NCBI RefSeq assembly: GCF_025526975.1
Contig: NW_026515680.1
Location: forward strand, 186,001 to 250,000
Direction of reading: 5' to 3'
Origin: Fimicolochytrium jonesii
Lineage: Eukaryota
DNA length: 64,000 nt
Made by a program: the position numbers and the translations under genes. Within the stretch, counting starts at the first letter, position 1. Each line of letters begins with the position of its first letter. The notes under the pieces were generated by a model that saw only the letters and a list, made by a program, of their open reading frames with translations, searched no databases and was not told where the DNA came from. Of this stretch, positions 24,969 to 37,050 are shown in pieces.

Positions 24969-27900
24969 TCAGTATCCAGTAGCTGCCTGCTGCGAATAAT
25001 CCCACGCCTGCGGTGCCGCGGGTGTCGCTGCTGCCGCGCCGTAGTATGCTGCTCCATATGCCTGAACGAAGAACGAATGTCAAAGTCTCGCAAGATAGCG
25101 GTAAAGGAACGCCTTGGAATGATTCTTACCTGAGCCCCATACCCTGCATAAGCCCCATACCCCTGCTGTGCCGGCTGCGTCGGCGGGTAATACCCCACCG
25201 GCGTCGCAGGACTCTGCACTCCCAACCCCCCCACCCCACCACCAATGCTCCCCCTAACCTGTTTAATTGGCCTCCCCTCCACATCATCCCCCTCAAACCC
25301 TCTCTTCCTGCTCGCCTCGCCCGCCTTATCCATGAACTCGCGATGCACCTCCAAATCGACCGCGTTGATCTGCCCGATGGTTGTTGATGGGTGTTCGGTG
25401 AGGTAGTCGAGGTAGCGCAGGCCGAGTGTACGTTTGTCTTCGGCGGGGAGGGGGGTGGATTTTATGTGTGTCCAGGCTGTTGTTGTGTGGTGGATCGATT
25501 TGGCGTCTGTTTTGGGGGAGGGAAGAAGGGTGGTTTAGTGAACGTCGGGTGATGTCGATAAAGCGAGATTTTGGAACATACCCCGCTGCTCAATCTCAAA
25601 CGACAAATAAGCCGAAAGCAAGTATCTACTACTGCCATACTTTGCCGCCGCCTCCTGGTACGCAGTTCGAGCTTCCTCCGCATTCTGATTTACCTGCACA
25701 GCGTCACCCAGAAGACATCCGTAAACATCCACATCACATCATTCACCACTACCTTGGTCTTGTGTGACTTACGTTATACCGCACCCTAACCCTCTGCACC
25801 TCCAAATACGCCTTCGCATCCTCACTCGTCACGCTTTCCACCGCCTCGCTCAATATCTCCAGCGCCCGGTCGGGTCCGCTCTGGCGACGCTCGAAGTGCG
25901 CGTATTTTGTTAGTGTCTCGAGATGGCCGGGGACTGGTAGAATAGAATGATTAATTATGTGCTTTCGCGTATGATAGAATTGACATCTACTAACCATTCT
26001 GAAGCAAAGTCTGGTATATTGCCCGCGCCTCATCGATGTGTCCCTGTTCTTCCTCGAAGGCCGCGTACGACAGACGGACGGTGGGACGCCTGAAACAATG
26101 AAACTGATAAGCACCCGAGCTAGAGACATTGCGAAATATATTGAGACTTACCCCGCTGGTACGAAGATGCTCGTCGCCCGAATGAACACATTCCTGACTC
26201 CCGTTGGATCATTCCGCGACAAGACGAACCGTATGTACCGTTGCCAGAATTCTTCATAAAGCGCCTGCACGATCCCAATCCACATTAGCTCCCTCCCACC
26301 GTAACGCACACCTCCAAAACCCAAACCACAGTCACTCACACAAGGCACCAAACACCGCTCATAAAGCACATATATCCTACTTTCCACCCCCTCAGCCTCC
26401 TCAAAATCCAGATACCGCCTCCAATTGGCCAATTGGGACTCGTCGAGCGGTTTGACGTGGAAATAGGAGCGCTTGATCTCGCCTTCGTAGACCCAGCGTT
26501 TGTGCACGGCTTCCTGGGTGGACATGTAGATGTGGGTTTTGAGTTCGTGGATTTTGGCGCGGAGGAGGGGTTCGAGTTGCTCTTCCGACTGTGGGATGGA
26601 CCAGGGTGGACGGAGTTAGATTACGGCGTTGCATGGTTTTGCGGATGGAAATGAACATATGAAGTAAGTACCTTCTCAACGGATGCTTCTGCAGTGGCCT
26701 CCTCGCCTTCCGGTTTCGGCTGGCTACGGATCTCCGCCTCGATCTTTGCGTACTCCTCCTCCGTAACCAAATCCGTAACAGGCAAGCTAGCGCAAACCGA
26801 CGAGTACCTACAGAGAACAAAACCAGTAACTGTCAACCATCGCCTTTCCCACCCTGCATCCTATGTCAGATCCTACTTTTCGAAGTATTTAGCGTAGTGA
26901 TGCAGCGGAATAGTGATGACCCGCTCGAGGACTTTGAGCATAGCGAGCCGGTCGCCCTTCGATTCGGTCCATTCGAGGTATTTGTCCCAGAAAAAGTGGC
27001 TTTGGTAGTCGTTACCTACTTGTTCTGCGCCGCGTTCGAAGATGCTATAAACGGGGAAGCGCGGACAATTGATTAGTGATTGCCAGCCAACTGCCTTAGG
27101 AGAGAACATCGGAAAAGCAGAAAAAGCGCAGCAAAGTCCCCAAATATTACTTGCTACAAGCAGGTTTGGTCCGTTGGATGGCGTGAGTCCCGAGCGTGCT
27201 CGTACGTCTAAGGGCGACGTCCCCAATGCCACTGTTCCCCTCCCATCAGTGCGTCCCCACCACCGCCACTTCCATCTCCCCACCACCGCTAGTGCCGTTT
27301 CGATTCCTGGATATGCTTCATCCACGTGGAGGGTTCATCGCCTGGGAGATCCAGTCAGCCGCGCAGGCAAACGACCAACTCGGAAATTGGAAAAGAAAAC
27401 GGGAAAACATAGCCCGCTGAACCCATCTGCCGCGGCTTCGCCCATCTTGACTCCCAATGACAGGACAACTCACCCTCTGATGCCCTCTTCGTCATCCGGG
27501 AAATTGGCGATCTTGAATGCACAGAATTGCACCCACAATTCTACGCTGTTATGAATCGACACAACTCCACGCTCGTAGACCTGTCCGTTCCCACAGGATG
27601 GCCATTAGCCTCCCGCTCAATTGCCCATCCGACGTGACTTCCCACGCACCTCCAAAGCTTTCTCCGCCCCCTCCAGCACAAACTCCTTATCCGCGTATTT
27701 CTTCCAGTACCCAAAACATAACGGAAATTTGGCCAAAAAGTGGTCGTATACGGTGCGGAATTTATTCTGCGCTGCCGCGGACGAGTCTTTGGTCAGGCCG
27801 CCCTCTTCCTTCTCCGCCGCGTCGAGGAGTGCTTCCCAGGATGAGAAGTCTTCGGGATTCTGCGGGATCAAAGCCGTATTTTCTGAAGGTGAGTTCCTCC

Positions 27901-28186
27901 GCGTCTACAGGGTGGTGCTATGCGTGATTGCCTCACCTTCTGCACTGCATCCCATAACCTGTCCCATTCCGACTGCGGAGGCTGTTCGTCCACGGGAAAT
28001 TCGCCGCCTTTCGTATCTATGTAGATTTGCGATTCGGGTGCGGCTTCGCCGTTCGTCGCACCGTTTGCCTGTACTTTTGGACGTGGGGAGGTGGGATGGT
28101 CAGATCATGCACAGTTTTCGAGATCGTGCGAAGGAGTGAGGTGTGGGGAACTTACCGGGATACTGATGACCGTTCTCTTCAGCCAT
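24969..28186 (-). CDS. PRP39: U1 snRNP HAT-repeat protein Prp39 (multi-exon)
   Basis: NPEDFSSWEALL, YDHFLAKFPLCFGYWKKYA, IFERGAEQVGNDYQSHFFWDKYLE, KRWVYEGEIKRSYFHVKPLD..QLANWRRYLDFEE, LYERCLVPCALYEEFW. Confidence 0.95.
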
Positions 28187-28338
28187 GGTTGCCTAACAGA
28201 GTGCTACCTTCCTGTCCTTCAAGTGACGTGGGCGATCTGAAGCCGGAGTGATGACGGCGGGGTGCTGATGACCTTAGAGCCGTTTGAAAATGAGCCAGGC
28301 TAGAGGCTCTCCGGAAAGCACAGCAATAGCTCAGCATA

Positions 28339-28350
28339 AGTCACGTGACT
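28339..28350. promoter_or_regulatory. Palindromic E-box AGTCACGTGACT (candidate bHLH site) about 155 bp upstream of the PRP39 start
   Basis: Perfect 12-bp palindrome containing GTCACGTGAC (Cbf1/USF-type consensus). Function not shown. Confidence 0.3.
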
Positions 28351-29736
28351 ACTTGGGATATTTAATCCTGCTCTCTGCGGTTTTGACAGTTTGCACGTTT
28401 CTGACATTCTTTCCCTCACAGGGAAAGAGCTTTATCAGCTCAAGACGTTACGGGTGCGTAGACCTGAAGCTGAACATGCCAGGCCAACAAAATCTCCATC
28501 CAGAACGGGTATGGGCAATGGGCTATTTGACTGGGTTCTTTTGCAACGAGATGGTTTGGTTAGGTTTGCTTTCGATTTGATTTCCTTACAGCTCCGGTGG
28601 ACGCCGTCTCTTGATTTGTGTGATGCTCAAAAATTGCATGTAGCAAACTGCAATATTGCGAGGTGTTGGCTGTATAGAGAGCGACGATTAGGATTTGCCT
28701 TCAGATTATTGAACGAAGGCGCACTCTGCATCGCTATAACCGGAGAGAGCTAAGAAGCCACTTATGACGGTGGCATCTGTGAGGCAGCGAATAACCTCCG
28801 GTGGACCAGCCGGCCCAGAAAGCTCAGCAAGCGCATCCATTGGCCCATTGCATAAGTGGAAAGTAAGGCCACTACCCTTCCCTTATTTAGGCGTAGCGAT
28901 CATGTGTCCCGAGGGTTTGGGTTGACAGTGCTGCACGGTATAGTAATAGTGGGAGTAATGATGAGCGGCGTAGTGCTGTACTGTACTGTACGTATAGTAG
29001 TAGGTGTCTGCCTACTCACTCACGGGAGTTCAATATCTCCCGCATTATAGAAGCTCCAGGCACGAAATAAGCGTACTTTTTCCCACTGTACGGAAACACA
29101 TTGCACATACCATTGCATACTATCCACACCGCAAAGTCTATCCACATACACAATTAGAGCAAACCCCGCTTTGCAGCTACTGGCCCGGAGATTTACGTCC
29201 CTCAAGTAAGCTCCCACTCGCCCGCTGACTCGGGGCACCGCCTGCTTTTGCCAGCACACTATATAGAGACCCTGGGGTGTCCGCCACCCTTCTCGTTTCT
29301 TTCTCTTCACAACGAGACAACCCGGTAAAGACCCTCTGAATAGAGGCTCCATATTCATAGCACCAGAGCAGAACCGATACAGAGCAATTGAACCAAACAT
29401 ACAATCGAATTCGCCGAGTACACCGCAACAACACCGTACTATTTTACAGCAGAATAAGTGTCAGCACCAGCAGCGAGTAGACTCAGTCAGCAGCAGACGC
29501 TAGCAACAGTGTTGAAAGGGCGCTTTTCGTCTAGGTGAGTTTCTTTGGTCTGGAGGCGCTTTGGTGTGTTTGGTATGAGCGTGGTCGACCAAAGCGGCGG
29601 ACAGCACAGACGGCACCTGGCCCCGGAGCAAAGCTCTGTCCAGCTCCTTTTGGGCAGCATCAAAGAGGGAGATGCCCGTGATCTTGTCCGCATGGTGTAG
29701 CACTCGGAGCGCTTTGAAGATGCCCTCCTCGCAGTC

Positions 29737-29955
29737 GCCTTAGGCGGCTGCGACGGACCAGCGCACCGGAGGCCGCTGTGAAATAGAACATACACATCCG
29801 AAGAACTGCGTTCCTAGGTGCCTTTAACGGCTACGTTGGAACATCGTCACGAAAGCCGTTGTGAAATGGAACATGAACATTTGAAGAACGTTGCCTTAGG
29901 CGGCTGCACCGGATTATCGTCCCGAAAGACGTTGTGAAATGGGACTTGCACATTT
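29737..29955. repeat. Three degenerate tandem copies of an about 63-bp unit (spacing 83 and 73 bp)
   Basis: GCCTTAGGCGGCTGC...GYTGTGAAATRGRAC starts at 29737, 29820 and 29893. Confidence 0.75.
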
Positions 29956-30014
29956 GTAGAACCCGTCTGCTAACCACAGCGATTTTCGTATGGCGCATCC
30001 ATAGAAGGAACGAA

Positions 30015-31691
30015 ATGGCAGAAGTAGCAATACCTATGGGTGGAGTCGCGCCGTCGGAGCCGAAGGAGGCCACTCCACCGATACAACCTAAAGCCCACAT
30101 CAATGGCAGAATATTACCAGCGCGCGGTTTCAAGCTGAAACCTGCACCTCCAAAACCGGTGGAGGACCCGGAACCCGAACCGGAACCGGTTGTCGCCCCC
30201 ACAGCCGAAGCTCCACCGACTCCGCCTGTCCGCGAACGACCAGAAGCCCGGACGGCTCCAGCACCAACCCCGGCAGAGCAAAAACCGAATCAACCTAAAA
30301 AACAAAAATCTAAAAAGAAGAAGGCTCCGAAGAAGTCGAAAGAAATCGATCATTGGGAACCGTCATCATCGCGACAAGCACGACACTGGTCACCCGGCCA
30401 TGACAGATCATCTCGTTCAACTAACGACCGCAGAAATCATTCGCGGTCTCGTACACCTCCCCGTAACCGCTCTCCATCTCCTATCCGAAGCCGGGTACGG
30501 AAGCTGTCTCGAGACAGCAGAGATGCAAGAGACCGCCGCCGCTCAGTATCGCCCGCGGCGCGACGCGCGGTTTCCCCCGCTCGACGCCCAGCATCCCCAG
30601 CACGACGACCAGCGGCGGTGGTCAAATCCGCAACACAACTTAGAGCCGTCAAAACAGAGAAGCGAGCCCGGGAGGCGACTCCTCCCCGCCGCCGTCAACG
30701 TTCCCGGTCGCGGTCTCGCTCAAGAGATCACACGAGAAGCCCAGTAGGACGCGGACGCGATAGGAGCAGCGACGTTCACATTCGTCGACGAACGCGGACC
30801 CCAAGCCCGGCCAGATCTAGTCGCGGCGGTGGTGCAAGCAGCAAACGCGAGCCTTACATAAGAAGCCGCACCACCACCGGCGATAAGTCGCCCCAAAAAG
30901 CCGCGTCGCCACCTTGCGCACCTAAGGTGATCATACAAGAGCGGGCAGTACCCCGCGACTTGAAAGAGGGCTGGAAGCCGTGCCCTCCTCGGGACCCACC
31001 CAAGGCCAGGGGATACTACCGAAACCTCGCCAAATCTAAACGGACTTCCCGATCCAAAACACCGGAAAGAAACGCCAAACGACCCCGCATGGATGATGAA
31101 GCAAAGAACGAGTCCCAGTCCCCGCCTACGACCCCACCAAGGGCTTCTCGTCGGGCTACCCCACCAAAGGACGCAACGCCACCCGCGCCCAAAGAGTCAC
31201 CCCATGAACCGGCGGCACTACCAAACGACGGTGCTTACCACCCCCGCCGGCTAAGCATCCCCAGATCTGCAGAAATCTGGGGCCTATCTACAACGGGCAC
31301 CGTCATTGATCTGGACGCGAATGTGACACTCTTAGAGAAGCCCACAGCCACCATCCGTGACGTCCTAGGGCTAACGCTCCCAAACCTCCTCCACCACGAC
31401 CCATCCATCGACCCCAAACCATTCTCAGACACCATCGCAGCTACACCCCCGCCGCGCAACCTCTCCATCTGCGTAACGGACTCCGCGGGCTCCCAAGCCC
31501 TTATCACCGGAACACTCGTTAACATCGACGAAGGCGCCAACATGTACCTGACCGGTGCGGTGGAGATTACGGTTGGTGTGCATAGGGTGGAGGGTCTTGA
31601 AGGCGCGATGGTTGGGGTGGTAAAGAGACGGGAGATGAAGGAGGTGCTAGTGATGGGGAAGAGGGTTGTTGGGGTTGCGGTTGGGAACTAG
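30015..31691 (+). CDS. Arg/Ser-rich protein with C-terminal Sm/LSm-like fold, intronless
   Basis: RSRSRSRSRD, RSPSP and SPARR repeats. The C-terminus LSICVTD..GSQALITGTLVNIDEGANMYLTGAVE...RREMKEVLVMGKRVVGV resembles the Sm1 and Sm2 motifs. Confidence 0.7.
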   Translation: MAEVAIPMGGVAPSEPKEATPPIQPKAHINGRILPARGFKLKPAPPKPVEDPEPEPEPVVAPTAEAPPTPPVRERPEARTAPAPTPAEQKPNQPKKQKSKKKKAPKKSKEIDHWEPSSSRQARHWSPGHDRSSRSTNDRRNHSRSRTPPRNRSPSPIRSRVRKLSRDSRDARDRRRSVSPAARRAVSPARRPASPARRPAAVVKSATQLRAVKTEKRAREATPPRRRQRSRSRSRSRDHTRSPVGRGRDRSSDVHIRRRTRTPSPARSSRGGGASSKREPYIRSRTTTGDKSPQKAASPPCAPKVIIQERAVPRDLKEGWKPCPPRDPPKARGYYRNLAKSKRTSRSKTPERNAKRPRMDDEAKNESQSPPTTPPRASRRATPPKDATPPAPKESPHEPAALPNDGAYHPRRLSIPRSAEIWGLSTTGTVIDLDANVTLLEKPTATIRDVLGLTLPNLLHHDPSIDPKPFSDTIAATPPPRNLSICVTDSAGSQALITGTLVNIDEGANMYLTGAVEITVGVHRVEGLEGAMVGVVKRREMKEVLVMGKRVVGVAVGN

Positions 31692-32507
31692 GTGGTGGAG
31701 TGGAGCGGCGCGGGATGGAATTCGGCCTTTTGAGCCTTGAGTTCTCCCCTGCACACATTCACCTCCGACTCTCGGCTACCATACGACACATCTTTTACAA
31801 AACAACATCACCGAGCGACACGCAACAAACATCTAATGAACATATCGACGCCGGGACGCCATCGGGGTTAGATGGGAAATTACTGCGAGGGTACGACACA
31901 GACACACAAACACGTTATACGGTACGACGAGGCAACATACGGCAAGCGACCCACCACAGTTTTGACATTCGGCAGAAACACTTTTCCCCTCCCCACACTA
32001 GCGTCATCTTTAGAACCACACAACAGTTTTTATACCCCCGCGGAAGAGTTACAGCCCCCAGAGAGAGTTATAAGCGAGCGAGATTAGTTATTGGGGGAGC
32101 GGCAGTTATAAGGAAAGGGAACGTGGCATGGGACGGACTCTCGTGACAGACATAGATGGCTTTGAAAGTGAACTCCCCTCCAGTGTAGTGACGTTAACGT
32201 AAAATATGAAAGTTTCCGAAAAAAAGGTTTGGGTGTTGTCAATGGTTCTCTGGTGATTTGAGCGGTACCATATCTCGGGAGATGAGCAGGGCTCCAGGCG
32301 GCACCTTCAGTTTCTCCAAAGATTTTCGAGAGTCCATGTCAGAACATGATGATTGATGAGATTTACAAAAACTAGTCGGGGAAGTGCCTATGTACATTCC
32401 AGCTTCATCTACCCGGCAGAGCCAAAACACAAAGAGTTCCGGAGGTGCAAACAACATGGGAAGTGGGGTATGCTCCCTAAACCCCGGGGGGGTCAACACA
32501 CCCCATC

Positions 32508-34443
32508 CTACGCCTCCCTTGGGACAACCTCCCCCACCCCATTACAAACCACCCACGGCCGATACGCCTGACTCCTCACATCCTCGGGCCTGCTCACCCC
32601 GCTCATCACCAAGACGGGGTCGATCTCGGCGTACACACCGCTGAGAATATCGGTGTCCATGCGGTCGCCAATGATGCATGTTTCGTCTTTGGAGGTTCCG
32701 AGGATGGTGGCGGCGTAGCGGAGCATGAGGGAGGTGGGTTTGCCGAGGTAGAATGCCTAGGGGGGTAGGAGAGATGGAGTTGGTGGAGTTAGGGAGGGCA
32801 TACGGCGTTGAGGGATGCGGTTATGAAGCACACAGATTTCGCCACGGAACCTTACGGCCGGAAGCCAACTCGACCGCGGCACAAAACGCCCCAGTAGCCG
32901 GGGCGATCCCGCCCTCCGTCGGCCCATTGACGTCCGGGTTGGTCCCGATCAGTTTGGCGCCCTTGTACACCAGGTTGACCGCTTTCGAGATCTTGTCGAA
33001 GGTCTGGCTGCTGCCTTCGCCTATCACGACGTAATCCGGGTTCTGCAAAGATTCACATGTCAGGAACATCATACCCGTGCACGATATATCCCCCCAATCA
33101 CACCACTATGATACCACAACGTACCGTCTCATTCATACTGAACCCAACCTCATACAACGCATATATAAGCCCCGGCTCGCCAACAACATAAACCGTCCCG
33201 CCATTCGGTTTCTGGCTCTGCAGGAATTTGGCGGTCGCGATGGCCGAGGTGTAGAAATGGTCTTCGGTGACGGAGAGGCCGAGGCGGGCGAGCTTGAAGG
33301 AGAGCTCGCGAGGGGTTGGGGCGGAGTTGTTTGTCTGAGTAGGAGGGGTTAGCGGCGGGTGGCTGGGAGAGGGGGGAAAGCAAAGGGGGACTTACGAGGA
33401 AGAGGAACTTTTTGTCTTCTTTTTTGAGCCAGTGGATGAAATCTTTGACGCCGGGAAGGAGGACGTTGCCGTGGTAGATTACGCCGTCCATGTCGATGAT
33501 AAAGCCCTGCAATGCGAAGGGATGGATCAAGCGACGCGTAAATGACGGTGAAGTAATGGATGAAGGATTAGCAACGGAGGGCTCAGACATTGTTCCTCCA
33601 GGCCCGGTTGATGGTTGAACTGAAGCGATGGAACGCGATGGTTGAACGATCCCTGCTCGAGCGGCTGGTGACGGACCTCGTTCCGTCCGCCAAAGATCAA
33701 CGCTCGCCGGAGCTCCTTAAGAACTGCAGTGGGCATATTGTTGCACCTTTGGCGCAACGGAACTCGCTTCGCTCGCGAAGGCGGTCGCCCCTGGTCGCCC
33801 TTGCCACCGCTAGGGCACCGAGAAGAGAACCCAATTCAAGCAGCCCTGCGCCCGCTCATGCTCAAGCCTCGTTCCGCCGTCCCCCATAACTTCCCACCCC
33901 AACCCTCGCACACACCTTCTTGTTCTGGATGACCTTCAACCTAGCCTGGTACTCGTCGGCGGACAGTTCCGACAACTGACATAACTCCTTCGCAGTGAAG
34001 TGCTGGAGGGACTTTGCAGTGAGGTCTGAGAGGGCGGTGGAGCTGAGGTGGGCGAGGTCTGCCATTGTTCCTGTGAATTGTTTCTTATGTGTGCGTGAGT
34101 GTTGTGATGAAGACGATGGCGAGCGATGGCGTTTGGAGGGCTGATGGCCGGTTTGAGGTGTGCTGCTGCTCGAAGCCAAGCCCAAGCCCAAGTGTAACGC
34201 GTTTGGGTCGCCCTCCGAGCCGTCCCAGCCGGCGTGTTTGTTGTTCAGGTGGCCGCGGAGCGTCGTGTTGCCCGTGCCCACGCTGTAAAGCCCTCCGCAC
34301 CACCGGCACTCTCGCTTCTCCGGGTTGCCCGCTGCCACCGGAAAGTTGAGCTCCATTAGGCGTTTGATTCGGCCGTCGTGGACTCGGGGTGGTCGGCGGA
34401 CCGCTTCTTGCGTCGTCGTGGTGGCATTGCTGGGGTCCGCCAT
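32508..34443 (-). CDS. BED zinc finger fused to a NagD-like HAD-IIA phosphatase (5 exons)
   Basis: Exon 1 (34443-33916) has CRWC...GNTTLRGHLNNKH. Phase-0 intron 33915-33507 joins IQNKK|GFIIDMDGVIY. Then FL|TNNS, TNPD, GKP and IIGDRMDTDI.G (HAD motifs I-IV). Confidence 0.8.
33741..33851 (-). repeat. Dispersed element copy in BED-NagD intron 1
   Basis: Minus strand GCGCAGGGCTGCTTG...GACCAGGGGCGACCGCCTTCGCGAGCGAAGCGAGTTCCGTTGCGCCAAAGGTGCAA shares blocks with the RAD6, BolA and ERG7 introns. Confidence 0.8.
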
Positions 34444-34899
34444 TGGGAAGCTGTCCGGAGGTGTGCTTTCGGTGAAGATATGCCGTTCCTGACGTGGTGG
34501 CAAACAGCGAAGCACCTCACCTTGTTTGGCTGTGCAAGATGCGTTTAAGAGGTACTGTATAAGTGGAAGGGCGGTTTCGCCGTGAGCTACGGGGGTTAGC
34601 AAAAGGAGTGCTCGGCTGCTCGATCGAGTTGAGCACAGGAGCAAGCCTGCTTGAGAGGGCCGAGAAAGCCGAGCAGAGAAGTCGTCCGCCCGCGCGTGTT
34701 CTCCAGTTCGCTGAGGCTTGTTGCTCCAGTTTCCAAGTGAGGTGTGAAACCTTCACAGATGGTATCGCAAACCTCATCCGAAGCCGTTCCCATTCACCTT
34801 CCACACAAAACGGCATAGGCTACGAGCAACCGTCTCCCGCCCTTCGTCTATGCGCCTTCACTTAACTCGCTACATCGGCTGATAGTCGTGCGCGTTGGC

Positions 34900-37050
34900 T
34901 CCATGACCAGTCCGTCTCCGCAAGAAACCGCCCTTAAGTATCCCATCCAGATCAGCGCGACCGAAGGGGGTTCTTACACCTCCACCTGCCAAACAAAGCG
35001 TCACCTGATGGAAATATCAGAGAAGTGCGTGGAACCAAGAGACGGACGATATAGACTCAGGCGAAAGCTCCTCCAGGAAGAGCGAAAGCAGATACTGGAA
35101 AAGTACTGGTGTAGCTGATAGTGCAGTTGCTATGACCGGCTCCGGCCGAATAGCAGGAACTCTTGAGTGACGCCAACGGAAGCTCGAACCATTTTAATCT
35201 AAGACCGACGGCTGATAGCGGTGCCCCGTCCATTATCGTTGCGGACTCGGACTACTTTCCGCAGACGCCAGGACGGTGGGAAGCTTTAATTTCACCGGCG
35301 ATACGGCGCCTGGAAGTAGGGAATGCTCAGCTCAGATGACGGCGATCGGTTTATACTCAGCGGCCAGGGTTATCCACTACAATCGTTTACATACAAGTGA
35401 ACCCGATAGCGATATGGAACACCATACCGAACACCTACCGAGCTTCACACTTTGGACGCCCTTCGCTGGGTAGGGTATTACAGATCGGGCGATGGGGAAG
35501 GGTTAACTAAACCGCCACTGAGAATTGCACAAATAAGACGGCGCATCGTTTTCGGTACAGACGGAACCATCAGCGATGCATCGATTGATTATATTCGCTT
35601 CATGCTGGAGGGTATGCTTTCAGAACATATGCAGTTTGACCTCAGGGTGGGTGGAGTATCGCCCAACGGAAGTAAAGTGCGGAGCTGTACGTGTCTCTGG
35701 ACATGGCAACCGACTCGTGTACAACGCGCTGGAAGCGGGATGTAACTCGTCGTCGGGAGCGTCGGCTGTTTCTCCAGACGCTGAACAACTTTTTATCCAA
35801 CCGGAGCTTCGTGCGTGGACGCCTCGCTCAACGACCAAGCATCTATACGCAAGGCACGCTGAGAGAGAAGGGCCCCGGGCGTACAACGCCTCGCACGTGA
35901 AATGTTGGCCTGATTTTCGTCGTTGTGGGCGCGGATCGGTGTTACCATTGGCAAAAGAATGAGAGCAGGAGGAGCTACCTGAATACGTCTATTAGGGCAA
36001 CCCATTCCAGACGATTCAGCGGTACGGAAGATGGAGTTCAGATGCGTTTGAGAGGTACAGTACATTCGGTCGCACCCCGAGTCCTTAGTGGAGCTGATGT
36101 GAAGGAACTGGCTCGACACCCCGCCCTATTTTTTTCGAGCGGTGACGTACAACATCAGCACCAAGCACGTCGGCCCCACCAACAACGAGGTGTACGACTG
36201 GCTGTTGAGAAACACACGCAGGGGGGTGTGTACGCCTGTTTGATGTGCGCGTTGCCGGCCGTTGTCTTCCTCCCAGCCGCTAAGTTGCCCGTAAAAGTGG
36301 AGGATAACCCCATTGCGGACCTGGTTCTCGTGGCAAATACACTTTCGGACATACAGCGCACTCTTACGCACGTTGACTCATTCATACAACGCCTTGAAAT
36401 GATCTTGGAGGAAGGCGGAGTGTTACTGAACATCGCCAGTCGCCAAAGCAAACCAAAATGAGGGTTTGACCCTCACCAGGCTTTCAGTTGAACAGAACGT
36501 TAGCTCGAAACCAACATTGGCTACCATTGAGACGTCGTCTCCATCAACGCTGTTTCTCAATTCCCAATCTCGAGAGCAGTGGTTGAAGACTTTTTAGCCG
36601 CCAGATCTGATGACCATTCGAAGCAACGCCATCCGACGGGTTCGTCATCCCGCACACCAGAGCGGCCACTACAACGAAAATGTGATCATCACCCCGATCT
36701 TGGGCCGTTCAACAATCCAGTCGGCAATCGGTTGCGTTGACCAAAGTTCCAGACATACTGAATGCCGGGCGTCTCGCAGTTTACTGGGTAAGGGGGCAAC
36801 TGAGCGTATGAGGCTTCGCTCAAATCTCCGACCGTGGTGGTGCTTACGCCCATGGATGTGCGATCCGAGTCTGCCGCCCCGCAGTTGGAGGTCTGAGCGG
36901 GCGGAAGAAGAAGCTGTTGGTTTTTTCTATTCCGGTAATGACTGCGTCTTGGAATTCCATATGGCTTGGGTAACAGTAATGTGAACCGCATGGAGGTCAA
37001 TGGTTCTTGTACAGCAGTGTACGTGGAACATCATGGCACCATTCTAGCTA
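34900..37050 (+). pseudogene. Possible decayed coding sequence (Crinkler/REase- or kinase-like remnants)
   Basis: Short broken ORFs with HVKCWPDF, TEDGVQMRL and LLGKGAT.. fragments and many stops or frameshifts. The family assignment is only a resemblance. Confidence 0.25.

Noticed and set aside
29500..29720. HHADK motif as a J-domain remnant
   Set aside because: The HPD motif is absent and the helical context is unconvincing.
34496..34504. GGTGGCAAA (yeast Rpn4 PACE site) upstream of BED-NagD
   Set aside because: Single 9-mer, not seen upstream of the proteasome gene RPT4 here, and the Rpn4 system is not established for this lineage.
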